Below are positions 34,381 through 46,792 of a stretch of 64,000 nt of DNA, one piece after another. Origin of the DNA: Octopus sinensis (lineage: Eukaryota); contig NW_021835457.1 in NCBI RefSeq assembly GCF_006345805.1, positions 1 through 64,000 on the forward strand, given 5' to 3'. Both the position numbers and the translations under genes were made by a program. The notes beneath the pieces are model-generated. The model had not been told where the DNA came from and did no database searches. It worked only from the letters and a program-made list of their open reading frames with translations. Within the stretch, counting starts at the first letter, position 1. Each line of letters starts with the position of its first letter.

Positions 34381-35467
34381 ATGACAAAGTATATAGGTAA
34401 GCCCAATATAAACATTCTAGATATTGGGGCCAATTTAACAGGTAGATAGTCAACTCACTCCCCAAGATCCCATGTTTAGTGGAATTTACAACGGAAAACA
34501 AAAACACACCCCGGACATCCATCAGGTGCTTTCCCGCGCTCAAAAATCGGGCGTAACTCACATTATATCAACTGGGGTGGACAAGGCATCAGTGAAGCAG
34601 TCTCTTCTCCTCAGTTCTGAGTTCCCCCACGTTTTCTGCACAGTGGGGTACCACCCGACGAACTGCGAAGGACTCACCAGACAGGATGTCCTCGATCTAA
34701 AAGACCTGGCACTACTCAATCGAGATAAAATCATATCCATTGGGGAAATTGGACTCGGTAAATGACCTCCTCTATTCCTAGATTATATGAGGACTAATTT
34801 CTGTTCTCAAGAAAGTCAAAAAAGGTTGTTTTTTTAATTAGTTTAGTTTAGAGGGCTAGAAATGCAGTTGGATGTGTTTTCGGGGCTTGATTTGCCACTG
34901 TTCTTGCACTGTAGAGACAGTCATGACGATTTGCTGGAGATTTTGTGTCGGAATAAGTCAATGTTGGCCTGTGGTGGTGTGGTAGGTCTTTGTGATGAGT
35001 TTATCAGGTCCATTCGTTTGATGGCACAACAGAACAGGCTCAGAAGATTTTGGAATTGGGTCTTTATATTGGAATAAATGGATGGTAGGCCATCAACTAA
35101 TAATTTCCAGTTCTTTAAAGACGAGTGATAATTTAAAGGTGTTGGAGGGACTTCCTGTGGATAGAATCCTGGTGGAGACGGGTTGTATTGTGTCGGGTGA
35201 TGATAGATGCCCCCTGGTGTGGGATAAAGAGGACGTGGGAGGCTGATCAGTTTGTGCAGACTCGGTGGTCGACAGTGAGGAATGACAGGTGGACAGAAAC
35301 ATGTATGATTCGTGGGCGGAATGAGCCTGCGTGTATTACGTGAGTTGTTTCCTTATTGGTTTAGACAAGTTATTGAGGTTATCTCTGCTATTAAATGCAT
35401 TCCTGTACATCAATTGGCCAGTGTTGTGTACCACAATTCTTTGTCTCTCTTTTTCTCTCGACAATAA
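34381..35467 (+). CDS. TATDN1: TatD DNase domain-containing protein 1, 8 introns of 24-26 nt
   Basis: MTKYI|DIGANLT|DPMFSGIY...TVGYHPT...SIGEIGL|DY...LPLFLHCR...GGV|VHSFDG...YIGING|CSLKT...RILVET|DAPWCGIK...RNEPACI|...FFSRQ*. Confidence 0.95.
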
Positions 35468-35605
35468 TTGTCTGTTTTATTTATTCATATTATTTTGGAG
35501 TGTCTTATTATTTTTTTCCAATAGTTGATTGACTTTTTATTCTCTAATAAAAATCGTTCTTAACAACTTTGTGTAATTTATCAAAAACAATTTTTTTTTA
35601 AACAA

Positions 35606-36980
35606 AGAGTTAGTGAGATAATTTTTTTTCTATCTTGGCGCAAAGTTTTTGAAATCTTGGTGTCATTGAAGAGAGTGCTACTCTTAGCTCATTAGTCACC
35701 ACTAAACGAGTTCGATATTTAGATTTCATTGCAGCTAGTGCAGAAAATCCAATTTTGCATAAATATGAGGAATCAAATGGCAACAAAACTTTCATTGCTT
35801 TATTTGACAAAATTTCATATTCCATACTTATTATTATTATTTAAAGACCAAACACGGGCAAAGCCAGTTAATTATAGTTATTCCCGTGATCGCCGATCCA
35901 AACGAGGGAGATCCTTCTGAAAGGTTCAATCCTTCCCGCAAGATCGGCCTGAGACGACGATGTCCCAGGGTCTGAGAAGCTAAGAGTCCTTTTTCGGTAG
36001 GCATTAAGTGCCTCCTGAGCGTTGCCATATCCGAAGGAATTTCCAACTGACATGGTGGATTCCGTAACGCCACGCTAAGCCCGGAAGGTAAGAGATCCCC
36101 ATTTCCAACTGTGTCGTGCCAGAAGTACTCGTTGCCTCACGGGCAGGGGAACGATAACGAGAATTAGCCCCAGGATGAAAACTGTCCTCCTTCGGAATCG
36201 AACTCACGACCGTCCAAATCCATTATCCATAGCTTACATTCTCTCTCGAATTTTTGTTTCAATAATGTATCACATGACAATTTTATCAATTTTTCTTTTT
36301 CAAAAGTTGTCAATGCAAATTAATATCTTCTTCATCAATAAATGGATTCTATATGCATTCGAACGTTTTACAGTCGAGATCTTTAAAATAATGAGCAAAA
36401 TGCTTCAACAAACACTCCAAATGTTCAGCAAATATGTCTTTGTTTGCTTCAATGTTCACTATGGCGTAGAAGGTAGTTAAAAGTGGAAACATACCAATTT
36501 TGCATAAATGCTTTCATTTTGTCCTTTTGAGCTAATAAATGTAGTTGTTGTCCCTGCATTGATTTATTCAATATACTCAATTTCCCATAAATGTCAACCA
36601 AATAGGCAAATTTGACAATAAAGTCATCATCCCTGAACAATTTTGCATCTTCAACATCATTTTCATCAAGAAAATCTGCAACTTGATCTTTGAGTTCAAA
36701 CACCCTTCGAATCACTTTTGCAAGAGATAGCCAGCCCACCTCACAATAATATAAAAGCGATGTATTTTTGGAATCCATATCTTCACACAGCTTTGCAAAA
36801 AGCTTAGCTTTTAAAGGACTGTGTTTAATGTAGTTTATAACTTTTGTAATTTGCGCAAAAATATCGTTCAGTTCTGGAATTATATTCTTTCACGATTTTT
36901 ATATAGATCTAATTTTCTTAAAAAATGTTTCTGATATGCTTTTTGCGCCTCCCTTGACACGAATCAGCGCCTCCCTAGGG
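35606..36980 (-). mobile_element. Buster-type hAT remnant interrupted by a SINE
   Basis: LLYYCEVGWLSLAKVIRRVFELK...FAYLVDIYGKLSILNKSMQG and KAMKVLLPFDSSYLCKIGFSAL..KSKYRTRL...LSH*, with subterminal gggaggcgc motifs at 36945-36980. Confidence 0.85.
35828..36215 (-). mobile_element. tRNA-derived SINE, longest copy, with (TAA)n tail
   Basis: B box GAGTTCGATTCC (36194-36205), the shared core, a longer GC-rich body and a taataataataa tail at 35828-35843. Confidence 0.75.
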
Positions 36981-37121
36981 ATTCTTTGTCTCTCTTTTCT
37001 CTCGATAATAATTGTCTGTTCTATTTATTCACATAATTTTGGAGTGTCGTATTAATGTTTTCCAATAATTGATTAACTCTTTTTATTCTCTATTAAAAAG
37101 TCGTCTTTAACAACTTTGTGT
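36981..37121 (+). pseudogene. Duplicated TatD last-exon end and 3' UTR
   Basis: Diverged copy of 35436-35574 (attctttgtctctcttt..ctctcga.aataattgtctgtt...caactttgtgt). Confidence 0.85.
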
Positions 37122-37199
37122 CTTATAGCCCTTTAGGGAGACAATTGATATACTAAGGACAATTCTACATTTGTGCAACAAAGTGGTTTACCAACAGAC

Positions 37200-37741
37200 T
37201 TTGTTTGAAATGGATTAAGACTAATCGATTGGGAGACAATTTAGGTTAACTTATGGCTGGTCGAGAGTAATGTGGCAACTCATAAAGAGAAGGCACGTGA
37301 TTAGAAATGGAGTAGACGGGGACATTGATTTGATGACCAGTCACATCAATATAATACAAATGAATGTAAAAACACAAAATTTTATTGATTTTGAGCAATT
37401 TCTTTTTTAATTTTAAGGACGTGTCTGCGAATACACTCGGAAGAGACACTCAATTTGAAATGCTGGGAAATGGCAACTTTAAGTTTAGAAATGCTTGTTT
37501 TGGGATTATTCCGAATAATGGTAGACAGGAACACGTCGTGACACCCGTCCAACTTGAACTGCCTCCTTCCACCCCTCTTGTCGTCGTGATAGCCCTCCCT
37601 TAACCACCTGTAGACCGTCCTAATATTCACTCCGAGTGTCTCAGCTAGGGGTCGCCAGTTGCCAGAATTATTGTAGACCTCAAATATCAATTTTTTCATT
37701 TCCATTGACTCTTTCTTCTTCAAGTACTTGCGGCTAGCCAT
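37200..37741 (-). mobile_element. IS630-Tc1-like transposase, internally deleted
   Basis: HTH region NWRPLAETLGVNIRTVYRWL...RGGRRQFKL...LSVSSECIRRH. Only degenerate C-terminal remnants follow. Confidence 0.7.
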
Positions 37742-37808
37742 GCAATAACAAGAAATTTAAATAAATTAATTATAAATAAAATAATATATTAATATAATCT
37801 TGTGGAGA

Positions 37809-39125
37809 ATGGATTTAGACAAATTATTTCTCGACTTTTTAACCGTCTACATCGCAGCCCCCTCCGCCATCCAAAAGTCCTACGGAATAGAACGAAGGTT
37901 TGCAGTCCCCCCTCCCTCTGTCTTCCTCGCCGGCCACCATTGGGGACTCTTTGACCTCGTCGACTCCCTCGACAAACTCAGGGACAGACGGTCTCTGGTC
38001 GGAGTCATCTCTCTGGGGGAGTCCTCCTATGTCCTCAACTTTGACAAGTTTAAATTCTCAGTCATTCGGAGGGAGTTGAAATGTCAGTTGAAGAATATTC
38101 ACATTTCTGAGGACGTGAAATACTCCTCTCTCTCAGTCGATTTCTTTTTCGGTCCCTCTGGCCATTTGATGAGATTCTGTTCTCGGAGACTGAAAGTAAT
38201 CTCGAAACCTTCCAAGAAGACCCAGCAGAACAACTCCGAGAGTGAAATCCTCATTTATTGCAGGCAGTATATCCTCCAACTCCCAAATATGCATTCTCCA
38301 CAAACTCCAGCACTCTGTCCCCAAATATATAAGCTGTGATGGACAGGAAATAAACGTCCACTCCTCTGACTGGGCTGTCTTTACTATTTATTTGAGTAAT
38401 CAGTCTTCTTATTCTCAGCCTGTGGGGACACTGTTCATGAGGGAGTCGTCAAATATGGCTCCACTGTCAGAATTGTGTGTCTCCGTTCTGGACTGGCACT
38501 CCCCGATGTGGTGGTCGAGCGGGTGGATGGATTGGGGGAGGAAGTGTTGTGTCAGCACATGCTTTGTTGTTTCAGAATGGCTGGAACTAACGACTATCTT
38601 TCATTCACTGACTCCAATTTATGTTTTGTATGTTTTTTGGGGATTATTTGGAGACTCCTTTGCCTGTAAATCAAACTACGTGGAGTATTTCATTGGTGGA
38701 TGTGACTGGCTTTAGTTTCTCTCCTCATAGTTCATTTCCTCACATATCCCACCCTTCTCCTATTGTGGACAATGTCCTTTGGATGGGTTCTGACAAGTTG
38801 ATAGTGTTGAGTGGACTGTGGCTTACTCCCTTCTCTGTTTTGTATGTCGAGTCTGTCAAATTGGCCACGATTTATCGGTCACAGAACGAGTTGTGGGGGA
38901 TGGTCGACCACCATTTACTTAATGTTCTGAACAGAGCTGACAATGTGAGAGTTTTGGGCATTTTAGGCGAGAATTCTCATTGTTTTGCCGGATTTGGTGA
39001 CTTTTGAAACTGGCTTTGCATTTTCTTACGATCAGACGCTCTCAAAGGTGACTGTCGATCCTGTTGGGTTCTCCAATGAGTTATTTTCCTTTCCAGAATT
39101 TGGCCAAAAAGGTCTTTATTCTTAA
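37809..39125 (+). CDS. Unrecognised multi-exon protein-coding gene (roughly 350-400 aa)
   Basis: A GC-rich island with gene-like skew, tiled by long overlapping + strand ORFs. A clear 22-nt intron gtgagagttttgggcattttag joins NRADN|ARILIVLPDL...GQKGLYS*. Internal exon boundaries are unresolved. Confidence 0.6.
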
Positions 39126-39191
39126 TTACTTTTATTTTTTATTTGTAAATAATCACTCAGAGAACAGTTAAATTAGGCCCAATAAAATAAA

Positions 39192-41917
39192 CTAATCATC
39201 CCTGACAGACTCCAGAGAGGACTGAATGGCCCAAATAGTGAGTCCCCGCATGTACCCCAAAGACCGGAAATACCCCTTCTTTACAAGAGCCTCAGGAGTT
39301 TGGAACATGAGTCCGATCTCCTGATATATTTTGTCGTACATTCCTCTCACTATCGAGAATCCCAATTCAGTCTTATTCTACCAATCAGCCTATCCATCCA
39401 CCTCCAATATAAAAAGAGCAGAAAGACTGCATGTGACTCCAATCCATATTTCGTCACTCTGAAACGAGTCCCTGTCCACTCTCCCGTCGGGGAATATCCC
39501 ATTCACTGCCCCCCACTCACATCCCCCGAATTGTCGGACATTCATTTCATAAACTTTGTCCATTGCTTTGTGGATTTGATCTCTTCGAAAGACCTCATCG
39601 TGGGGGACACCCACACTCCTCAACAGCCAATGCCCCACCAACTGTCCTGCAAAAATGCACTTCCGGTTATCCCCTCGACTGCAGTAGTCAAAATACTCCC
39701 CTTTTGTGCCCCACAAACATACCATTGAATAATATTTCAGAAAAGTTGTGTCTCGCTGTGGCCAGAATATGACTGAATGTGTTGAATTTGTCACATTGGT
39801 GGGTGATTTGGAGTATTCTGACATAACACCAGAGAGCGGACAGCCACAGACTATTCAGGTACACGCCGTGTCCGTGGGAGACCATCGTGTCGAATGTGTT
39901 GTCGGGAATGTTGTCCGAGCTCACAATCAGACAGGTGTCGTCAGTGTACCCCAACTGTCTCTCCATGACAGTCTGATGATTAAAAAAAGGTACGTTGATA
40001 GGAGAACACATATTTTGGAGATATTCCCTGTCCTTGGTTACGTAATAGTCACGATATGACATAACCACAAAAAGTGAGTTGAGATCTTTCCACAAATCCG
40101 TGGAATATGAGTTGTAGGCGTTTATATCCACCCAGGGCTCCCTCTCTATCAATAAGTGACTGAGACCACCCGGATTTCCAAGGTCGTGAGGCATAGTCCC
40201 GTATGTCTTGACAGGGTGGGTGGATCCGTCAAGATACCGTCTTTCACGGTCAATAGAAGTGTGGATGTATTGTGCTAATATCAGACACATTCACCTACCA
40301 AAGTCGTGTTGAATCGACAATTGTAGAGCAGGCCAGAGGGCAATGAATACATAGGAAGCATAGGCATGGACGTCGTAAGTATTGAACATTCTGTATTCGT
40401 GTCCCTCCAAGTAGCCGAACCGTCCATATTCCGCCAAATGACTCACCGCGGAGTCGTCCGACCTGACCCAAACAGACCCACTGTCACTAACGTAGTACAA
40501 TTCGTTGAATAACACTGACTTGTACCAGTTGGGCACATTGCTGGTAATTACTTGGGAATACCTCGACAGGATTGGATGTTGCCAGTCCTCAATTAGGGAA
40601 ATCCACCGACGGTAGTTATCCAAGGAGTACTGCCCAATGAGGAAAGTTGTCTCCCTGCCAGTCCCAAACCACTTTGTGTATCGTCTATCATTCAAAAATA
40701 AATAAAAACCGAGAATAAACGATTTTGGCCGACCGGAAAGTAAATTGTGGAATTGCCCAGTTCAATGTGAACACAATTTCTGAGGTCTGGCCAGAAAGGA
40801 TTTTAATTTTATTGGACAGGGCGACTCCTACGTCCTGTCGGGAAGGGGATGACATGTCTAATAACACAACAGAGAACTACCATTAGTAAGAGTGTTTAGT
40901 CGACCAGTCATTGAAAGACTATTCCACACGCATGACCCATCATCGAGGGGATCAAACATGAGCAGTCCAGTGATAGTCTACACTCTAAAGAGAACTAACC
41001 TCAGGAGAATGACTACTTGTGCTGATTCCGTAAGAACATTCGTAGTTTGAGGCAATTCTATAATGGATGGCCACTGTGGCAGGGTCAGTTCTGCTCTCCG
41101 TCCACGAGAGGGAGGGGTCAGTGTCAGAGGACCCGTTTTTGAAACAAAACGTGATTGAAACGTCTGCTTCTTCCCCGTAGTTGTGTATCCTCCATATAAA
41201 CACACAGGCAGGCAGGGACGAATCCTTAAATTATGGAGTCCCCTTCTACTTTGTAGTTGTGGGGGATCACCGGGGAGACCTGTTGGCATACAAGAATAAT
41301 GTTTTGGGAAGGAATGTGGTAGTAAGTCCACGAACGAGGGTAAAGGGCAGTGTAAAAGGCGTCTTCAATTTTATATTTCCACGTCGAGAGATATTTCCTG
41401 GGGAATTCATCTGCGGAGAGAATGCTCTGAAATGTCGTCTCTCCATGTCTTCTTATAGTCACAAGGAACTGGATTTGAAGTGAAGGGACATGCCTGATCT
41501 GCCTTGACTGTATTCCGTTCGTACATTCCGGGGACTAAGGAGAAGCGAGTGAACTGTCCTCGATATCCCCGACCTATCGAGCCACTCCCGAGTCCCCCCA
41601 GAGGGCAGCCTGGGCTGAAAGTGCTGTCTTACCGTAAATTGGTTTCAGAGGGACGGGCTTGAAAATGTTCATTATTGGCCTCCTTCCGTGAAAGGTTTCG
41701 GAAATAGTCTGGAATAATGTCCTGGACTATATTTATAACACTTGCCTCATTCCAATCCAAAAAAACTTGATTACTTGTGCCCAGGTGGGGGTTGTGATGG
41801 TTTGAAGGGGGAATTAAAGGTCTGACTCAGAGGAATTCTCCACCCAAAACTGGGAATGTCATTGTTTTGGGCAATTTGGTAATACAAATCAGTACTTGTA
41901 TTCGTAAGAACACTCAT
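39192..41917 (-). CDS. GBA2: Non-lysosomal glucosylceramidase (GH116)
   Basis: PSFGWRIPL...[11 protein letters not shown]...[10 protein letters not shown]...[11 protein letters not shown]...[21 protein letters not shown]...PHDLGNP...WKDLN...[13 protein letters not shown]...[16 protein letters not shown]...RDD*, with many tiny introns. Confidence 0.95.
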
Positions 41918-42076
41918 TCGATATTTTTATTATTTTTCAAATTTAGGTTGTTTTTAAATTAATTTAATAATATATTTTACATAAAGTTTGTATATAAATT
42001 AATATTTTCATAACATATATTAAATAAATTATTTATACCCAACTTGTTGGTGCCTTCTTGTGATGAATTTAGACCA
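41918..42076. promoter_or_regulatory. Probable bidirectional promoter (GBA2 / DHX34)
   Basis: A very AT-rich spacer of ~160 bp between two divergent start codons. Its function is inferred from geometry only. Confidence 0.5.
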
Positions 42077-45000
42077 ATGGACGATGCTGAAATTCAAGAC
42101 TGGGCGTTCGACTGGTGTCGATACAAAATTATACTCAATTCAATATTTTTTGACAACTGTCGAGTCTTCTCCAGGCAATCCACCACTCTAATATCTCAGA
42201 GACTCAAAAGAGTACACCGAATTCTGGAAATTTCTGGAAAAATACTGCCGATTTCGCTCACATCGAACAGAAGCCTCCAAAGGTAACCAAAACTCATCAC
42301 TCAAGTCAATCCCGACTGGAAAGACATAATCGAGACCTGGTCTGACAAATTCCGTACCAAAGAAATAAAATCTGCCCTCCACGAAGGATTCAACGGAGGT
42401 TTCCCGCCATTTCTCACACCTCAGGTCACAGAAAACTGAGTGCAGTCCGAGTCCAGCAGTTCACAGTGATTCTCCACCACTACCTCACTTTCCTCGACAA
42501 AGAACACGTATTTCTCAGTCATTGGCACAATAGACATCAAAAATGGATAAAATAAGACAAGTGCGAGAGTCTCTGCCAATATTCCAATACAGGAGTGAAA
42601 TAATCGAGGCTATAAACTCAAATCAAGTCATCCTGGTGGCCGGGGACACGGGCTGTGGGAAATCCACGCAGGTCCCGCAGTATTTGATGGAGAGTGGATA
42701 AAATTGCGTGCACACAACCCCGGAGAATTGCCTGTGTTTCTCTAAGCAAGCGAGTGGCTTTTGAGACATTCAACCAACATGGAACAAGCATAGGCTTTCA
42801 GGTCAGATTTGAACGAAACAAGTCAAAAGCGACCAAAATATTGTTCATAACAGAGGGATTAGTACTTGGGCAGTTGGGGGATGACTCCACTCTCTCACTA
42901 CGACGTGATTATAATCGACGAGGTGAGTTCATTAGGGAATTGTAGGTGGATGAAAGACATGTAAACACTGACTTTATTCTGGGGTGTCTCAGATGTTTGA
43001 TTTGCCACAGAAATGACCTCAAAGTCGTGTTGATGTCCGCCACGATCGACATTCAGCTTTATTCCTCCTTTTTTAATAACTGTGCTATAATCCAGGTGGT
43101 GGCTGTCTATAATTATAAGGTTCCTGGGAGACTGTACCCGATCAAGCTTCACTACCTGCCTCCCCCTGCTGTGGTGCCCATGGGAGATAGGAAGACATCC
43201 AAGGCTGACCCCTCTGCCTACATTCGCATAATGAACCACATTGACAGAGAGGGGGGATTTGCTTATATTCCTCAGTGGAATAAACGAGATTATGGCAGTG
43301 GCTGAGGCTGCTAAAGTTTATGCCGCCGAGTCCTCCAATTGGCTGATTTTGATGCTTCATAGCACTCTCGGGGCTGATGAACAGAGCAAGGCGTTCGATT
43401 ATGCCCCCGAAGGAATGAGGAAGTGTGTCCTGGCCACTAACATTGCCGAGACTTCAGTCACAATCGACGGGATTCGGTTTGTGGTGGATTCTGGGAAGGT
43501 TTGAGAGTGGTGGTGACTGCCAGGTCAAGCAGTTGACTTATGACAGTTCAACAAAGATGCAGAAATTGAAGGAATGTTCGATTAGTAAAGCGAGTGCTGA
43601 CCAGAGGAAGGGAAGGGCGGGGAGGACTGGGCCTGGTGTGGCATATCGACTGTACAGTGAGAACGAGTTCAAGTCTTTCGAGGATTATTCGACCCCCGAA
43701 ATAAGCAGGATAACCCTCGACTCTCTCGTCCTTCAAATGGCCGCTTTGGGGCTTAAGGATCCTTTAAAGTTGGTCTTTTAATGTTAGCACAAGATTTCCA
43801 TTTATTCAGCCTCCCCCACGTGAACGATTGACTGCAGCCTCCAAGTATTTGCTGGAACAGGGGGCACTATTCCCTGATGGAAGTCTCACTCCGATGGGTA
43901 AAATGTTGTCACGGCTCCCTGTGGATGTGGTGATAGGGAAACTGCTGATAATGGGGTCACTTTTACATGTAGTGGTGTGAGGTGTATATCTGCAGATAAC
44001 CGAGTCAGTGGTGACGATGGCAGCCGCACTGTCTTTACAAAACATATTTGTCACCAAAACTAACTTTGATGCAGAAGTGATGGTATTGGAGGTCTTTAAT
44101 GTGGTAGAAACAAAAGAAGGTGTTAGAAAGTGCCAGAGGAGACCCGTTCACTCTACTCAAAGTGTATAATTCCTGGATTAAGGTGATGTCTGTGCTCATT
44201 TTAGGCGAAATTACAAGGAGAGAATTCAAAGAAGTGGTGTCGGCGATATGGAATCGAGGAACAGAGGTTGTATGAGCTGGTTAAGCTGAAGAGACAGTTC
44301 GAAGACTTGTTGCAGGTGTTATGAATGTGTTCAGTCCAGACGAATGGGTTTATGGAGAGGGAGGAATCACTGGATGAAATGTCCCAGTATGACCGACTCC
44401 GCAGATTGGGGGACAGTCAAGTCCTCGACCAGCTCAAACGAAAGAGGAGAACGGAATCCCACAAACGAAAGTTCCTGAAGCCGCAGGTGAGTGCATGGAG
44501 TGAGTGTAGTTGTATGGGGGATATGGCATTGTGAGGGAAGAAGAGGAGGAGGAGGGGGACGACTATGACGACATTGAGTTCAGACTGTCTCACGACATAC
44601 AGAGAATGCATGTGTGTGGGGGTGTAGTAGGACAAGGCAGGGGGACAAGACCGCATTGGGGAGGCCGACATGGATATATTGAGCATTGTCTTGTGTGTGT
44701 CCCTCTACCCCCAGTTCGCCTACGCAGACGACTTTAATCGAATAAAGAACGACCAATATTTTCATACGCGAGTTGATTGGTGACTGTTTGACATGGCAGG
44801 AGAAACCATTTGTTCATCCATCCTCGGTGTATTCCTCCACTCCTGAGATGCTGAAGGTGGAGGAGAGTTCAGCCCAGTTGCTGACTGTATGTGTGTGCAG
44901 TCCATGTTAGTTCACTCTTGGAGACAAGCAAGCCTTATCTTATCATGCCCATTCCTGCTCTGCAAGCACTGCTGTTATTCTCTGCCCGTGTGGACAGTCC

Positions 45001-45673
45001 GATTATGTGTGATGAGTGGTTGGAGTTGAGGAGAGGAGGGGCAGTCCACCGTGCTATCACATTGAGGAAACTGTGGCTGGATATGCTCGAACTTAAAGCA
45101 GTGGGTAGGTCAGTCTAGCTATAGTAGAAAGTGAGGACATTGCCTTGAAGAATAGGAAGAGGGTGGGCAAAATGAGGAGAGAGTTGACTGGGGGGCTGAC
45201 TGCTTTCATCAATGAACGATATTGCTATCAACTGAGGAGAGTGATGGCAGCTGAACTGGCCTACTCTTATGTTGGGAGTGAGTCCACTAAGAGTGCTGAG
45301 GATTATAAAGTCGACCAAGTGAGAGGAGGACTGGTTATAAACTCATTCTTGACTCATGGATGGTGGAGTGTGTATTTCCTTTACTTGTAGTCTGAGGGAG
45401 GCACACATTATGGATGTGGAGGGGGAGTTTGGTGATCATATGCAGAGACATTGGCATTGTTCGAACTGCGGGAAGGATATGATTGTCACGTTGTTGGAAC
45501 GACTCGATCACGAACATGAATGTAAACCATTGGAAGAAGATGACCACCACGAAGAGGACATTCCCTCTAGAAGAGATGGGATTACTTATTATTGCGAACA
45601 TTGTGACAAGACACTGGTTTTGTCAGCCACTCAAGTTCTATCTCATAAAATGTCTCATTCTGTAACTAACTGA
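42077..45673 (+). CDS. DHX34: DEAH-box RNA helicase DHX34 (NMD factor) with C-terminal C2H2-like fingers
   Basis: [35 protein letters not shown]|.[36 protein letters not shown], and the terminal [13 protein letters not shown] / YCEHCDK..HKMSH. Two apparent 2-nt dinucleotide losses (~42690, ~42895) look like consensus errors. Confidence 0.93.
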
Positions 45674-46109
45674 TTTCATCACAGTTTTCATTTTATTTTC
45701 ATATGCATTAAGATAGTCCGTTTTGAAGCTGATCAAAGTGAGTTGATAACATTTTAAAGTTTAACTGATCAAAGTGAGTTGATAACATTTTGGGTCATTA
45801 GAATTTTCTAGTCGCATTCTGGCATTTTTAGTTTATTTTGTATGGATAGTGGCAGGGTTGCACTTATTTTTTTGAAAGAAGGCGTTTCTCGATATTTTAA
45901 ACTACAGGAAAGAAGGCTTTACCTGTTAAATATGCCCTATCCTGCAATATGAGTGTTGGTAGATTTTCTCGCCACAGTCAATTGAGTGAGGTCCTCAAAA
46001 GGGCTTTCGAGTCCGCCGGGTTTCCTTCAACGTTGGAGCCAGTCGGTCTTTCCCGGAGCGACGGAAAGCGCCCCACGGGATGACTTCCTTTCTATTTAGG
46101 GATGGCAGG

Positions 46110-46270
46110 TCTCTGCGGATTGAGAAGCCGTTTCAGCGTTGAATAGAGACCGAAGAGCCAGCTCACCCCGTCCAGTCATTCGTCTTCAAGGCGATTTTTT
46201 CCCGAGCAATTGCAACAACATCTCGGCCTCACTACTGACCACGCCAAAAGCAAGGGGCGTGAACTCGTAA
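46110..46270 (-). mobile_element. CRE-like RLE retrotransposon 3' fragment
   Basis: YEFTPLAFGVVSSEAEMLLQLLGKKIALKT, the same motif as at 27.7 kb and 56.8 kb. A GC-rich putative 3' UTR extends to ~45970. Confidence 0.55.
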
Positions 46271-46792
46271 GTTTTGAATTGAACATCTATTTAGGTTGTA
46301 TCAAGTTCTTTGTTGAATCGAAAATTCATTTGAGAAATGAACTGTCTTGCATTATGTGAAGTATGAATACATAACTCACAATAAAAATATTATTTTCGGT
46401 GGGCAAATGACTTATTATTTCAATGGCTGTCCTTATATGGAATTTTTGAAATTTAATTGGAGACCAGTAGGAGGCTCAGTATTTAATGAGATTGATTTCC
46501 TAAAGAATCTTTTACAGCCTTAATTGAGTATAAACAAACATTTTGGTAAATTACATTTTTTGAAATTAATGTTCTATTAATAAATCAAATTGGTTTCTAA
46601 TCTCGTTTTTCGCTGCAGAATACTAAACATATATTGGAAAGTCTGCACGTTTGTCTAACATATAACAATCATGAAATCTTTCATTTTACTCGTCGACTTG
46701 CAGGAATAATCTAATTTTAATTTTCATAAACACCAAACAAAATTTTTCAGATTTGAAGAATAATTTTATTTTAGTGTATTACAGAAAACAAT

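Noticed and set aside
42680-42900. DHX34 as a pseudogene, or programmed frameshifting (ggataaaattgcg; ctctcactacgac)
   Set aside because: Both shifts are repaired by restoring one dinucleotide in a short repeat, which is typical of long-read consensus error. The rest of the gene is well conserved. Read-level checking is still needed.
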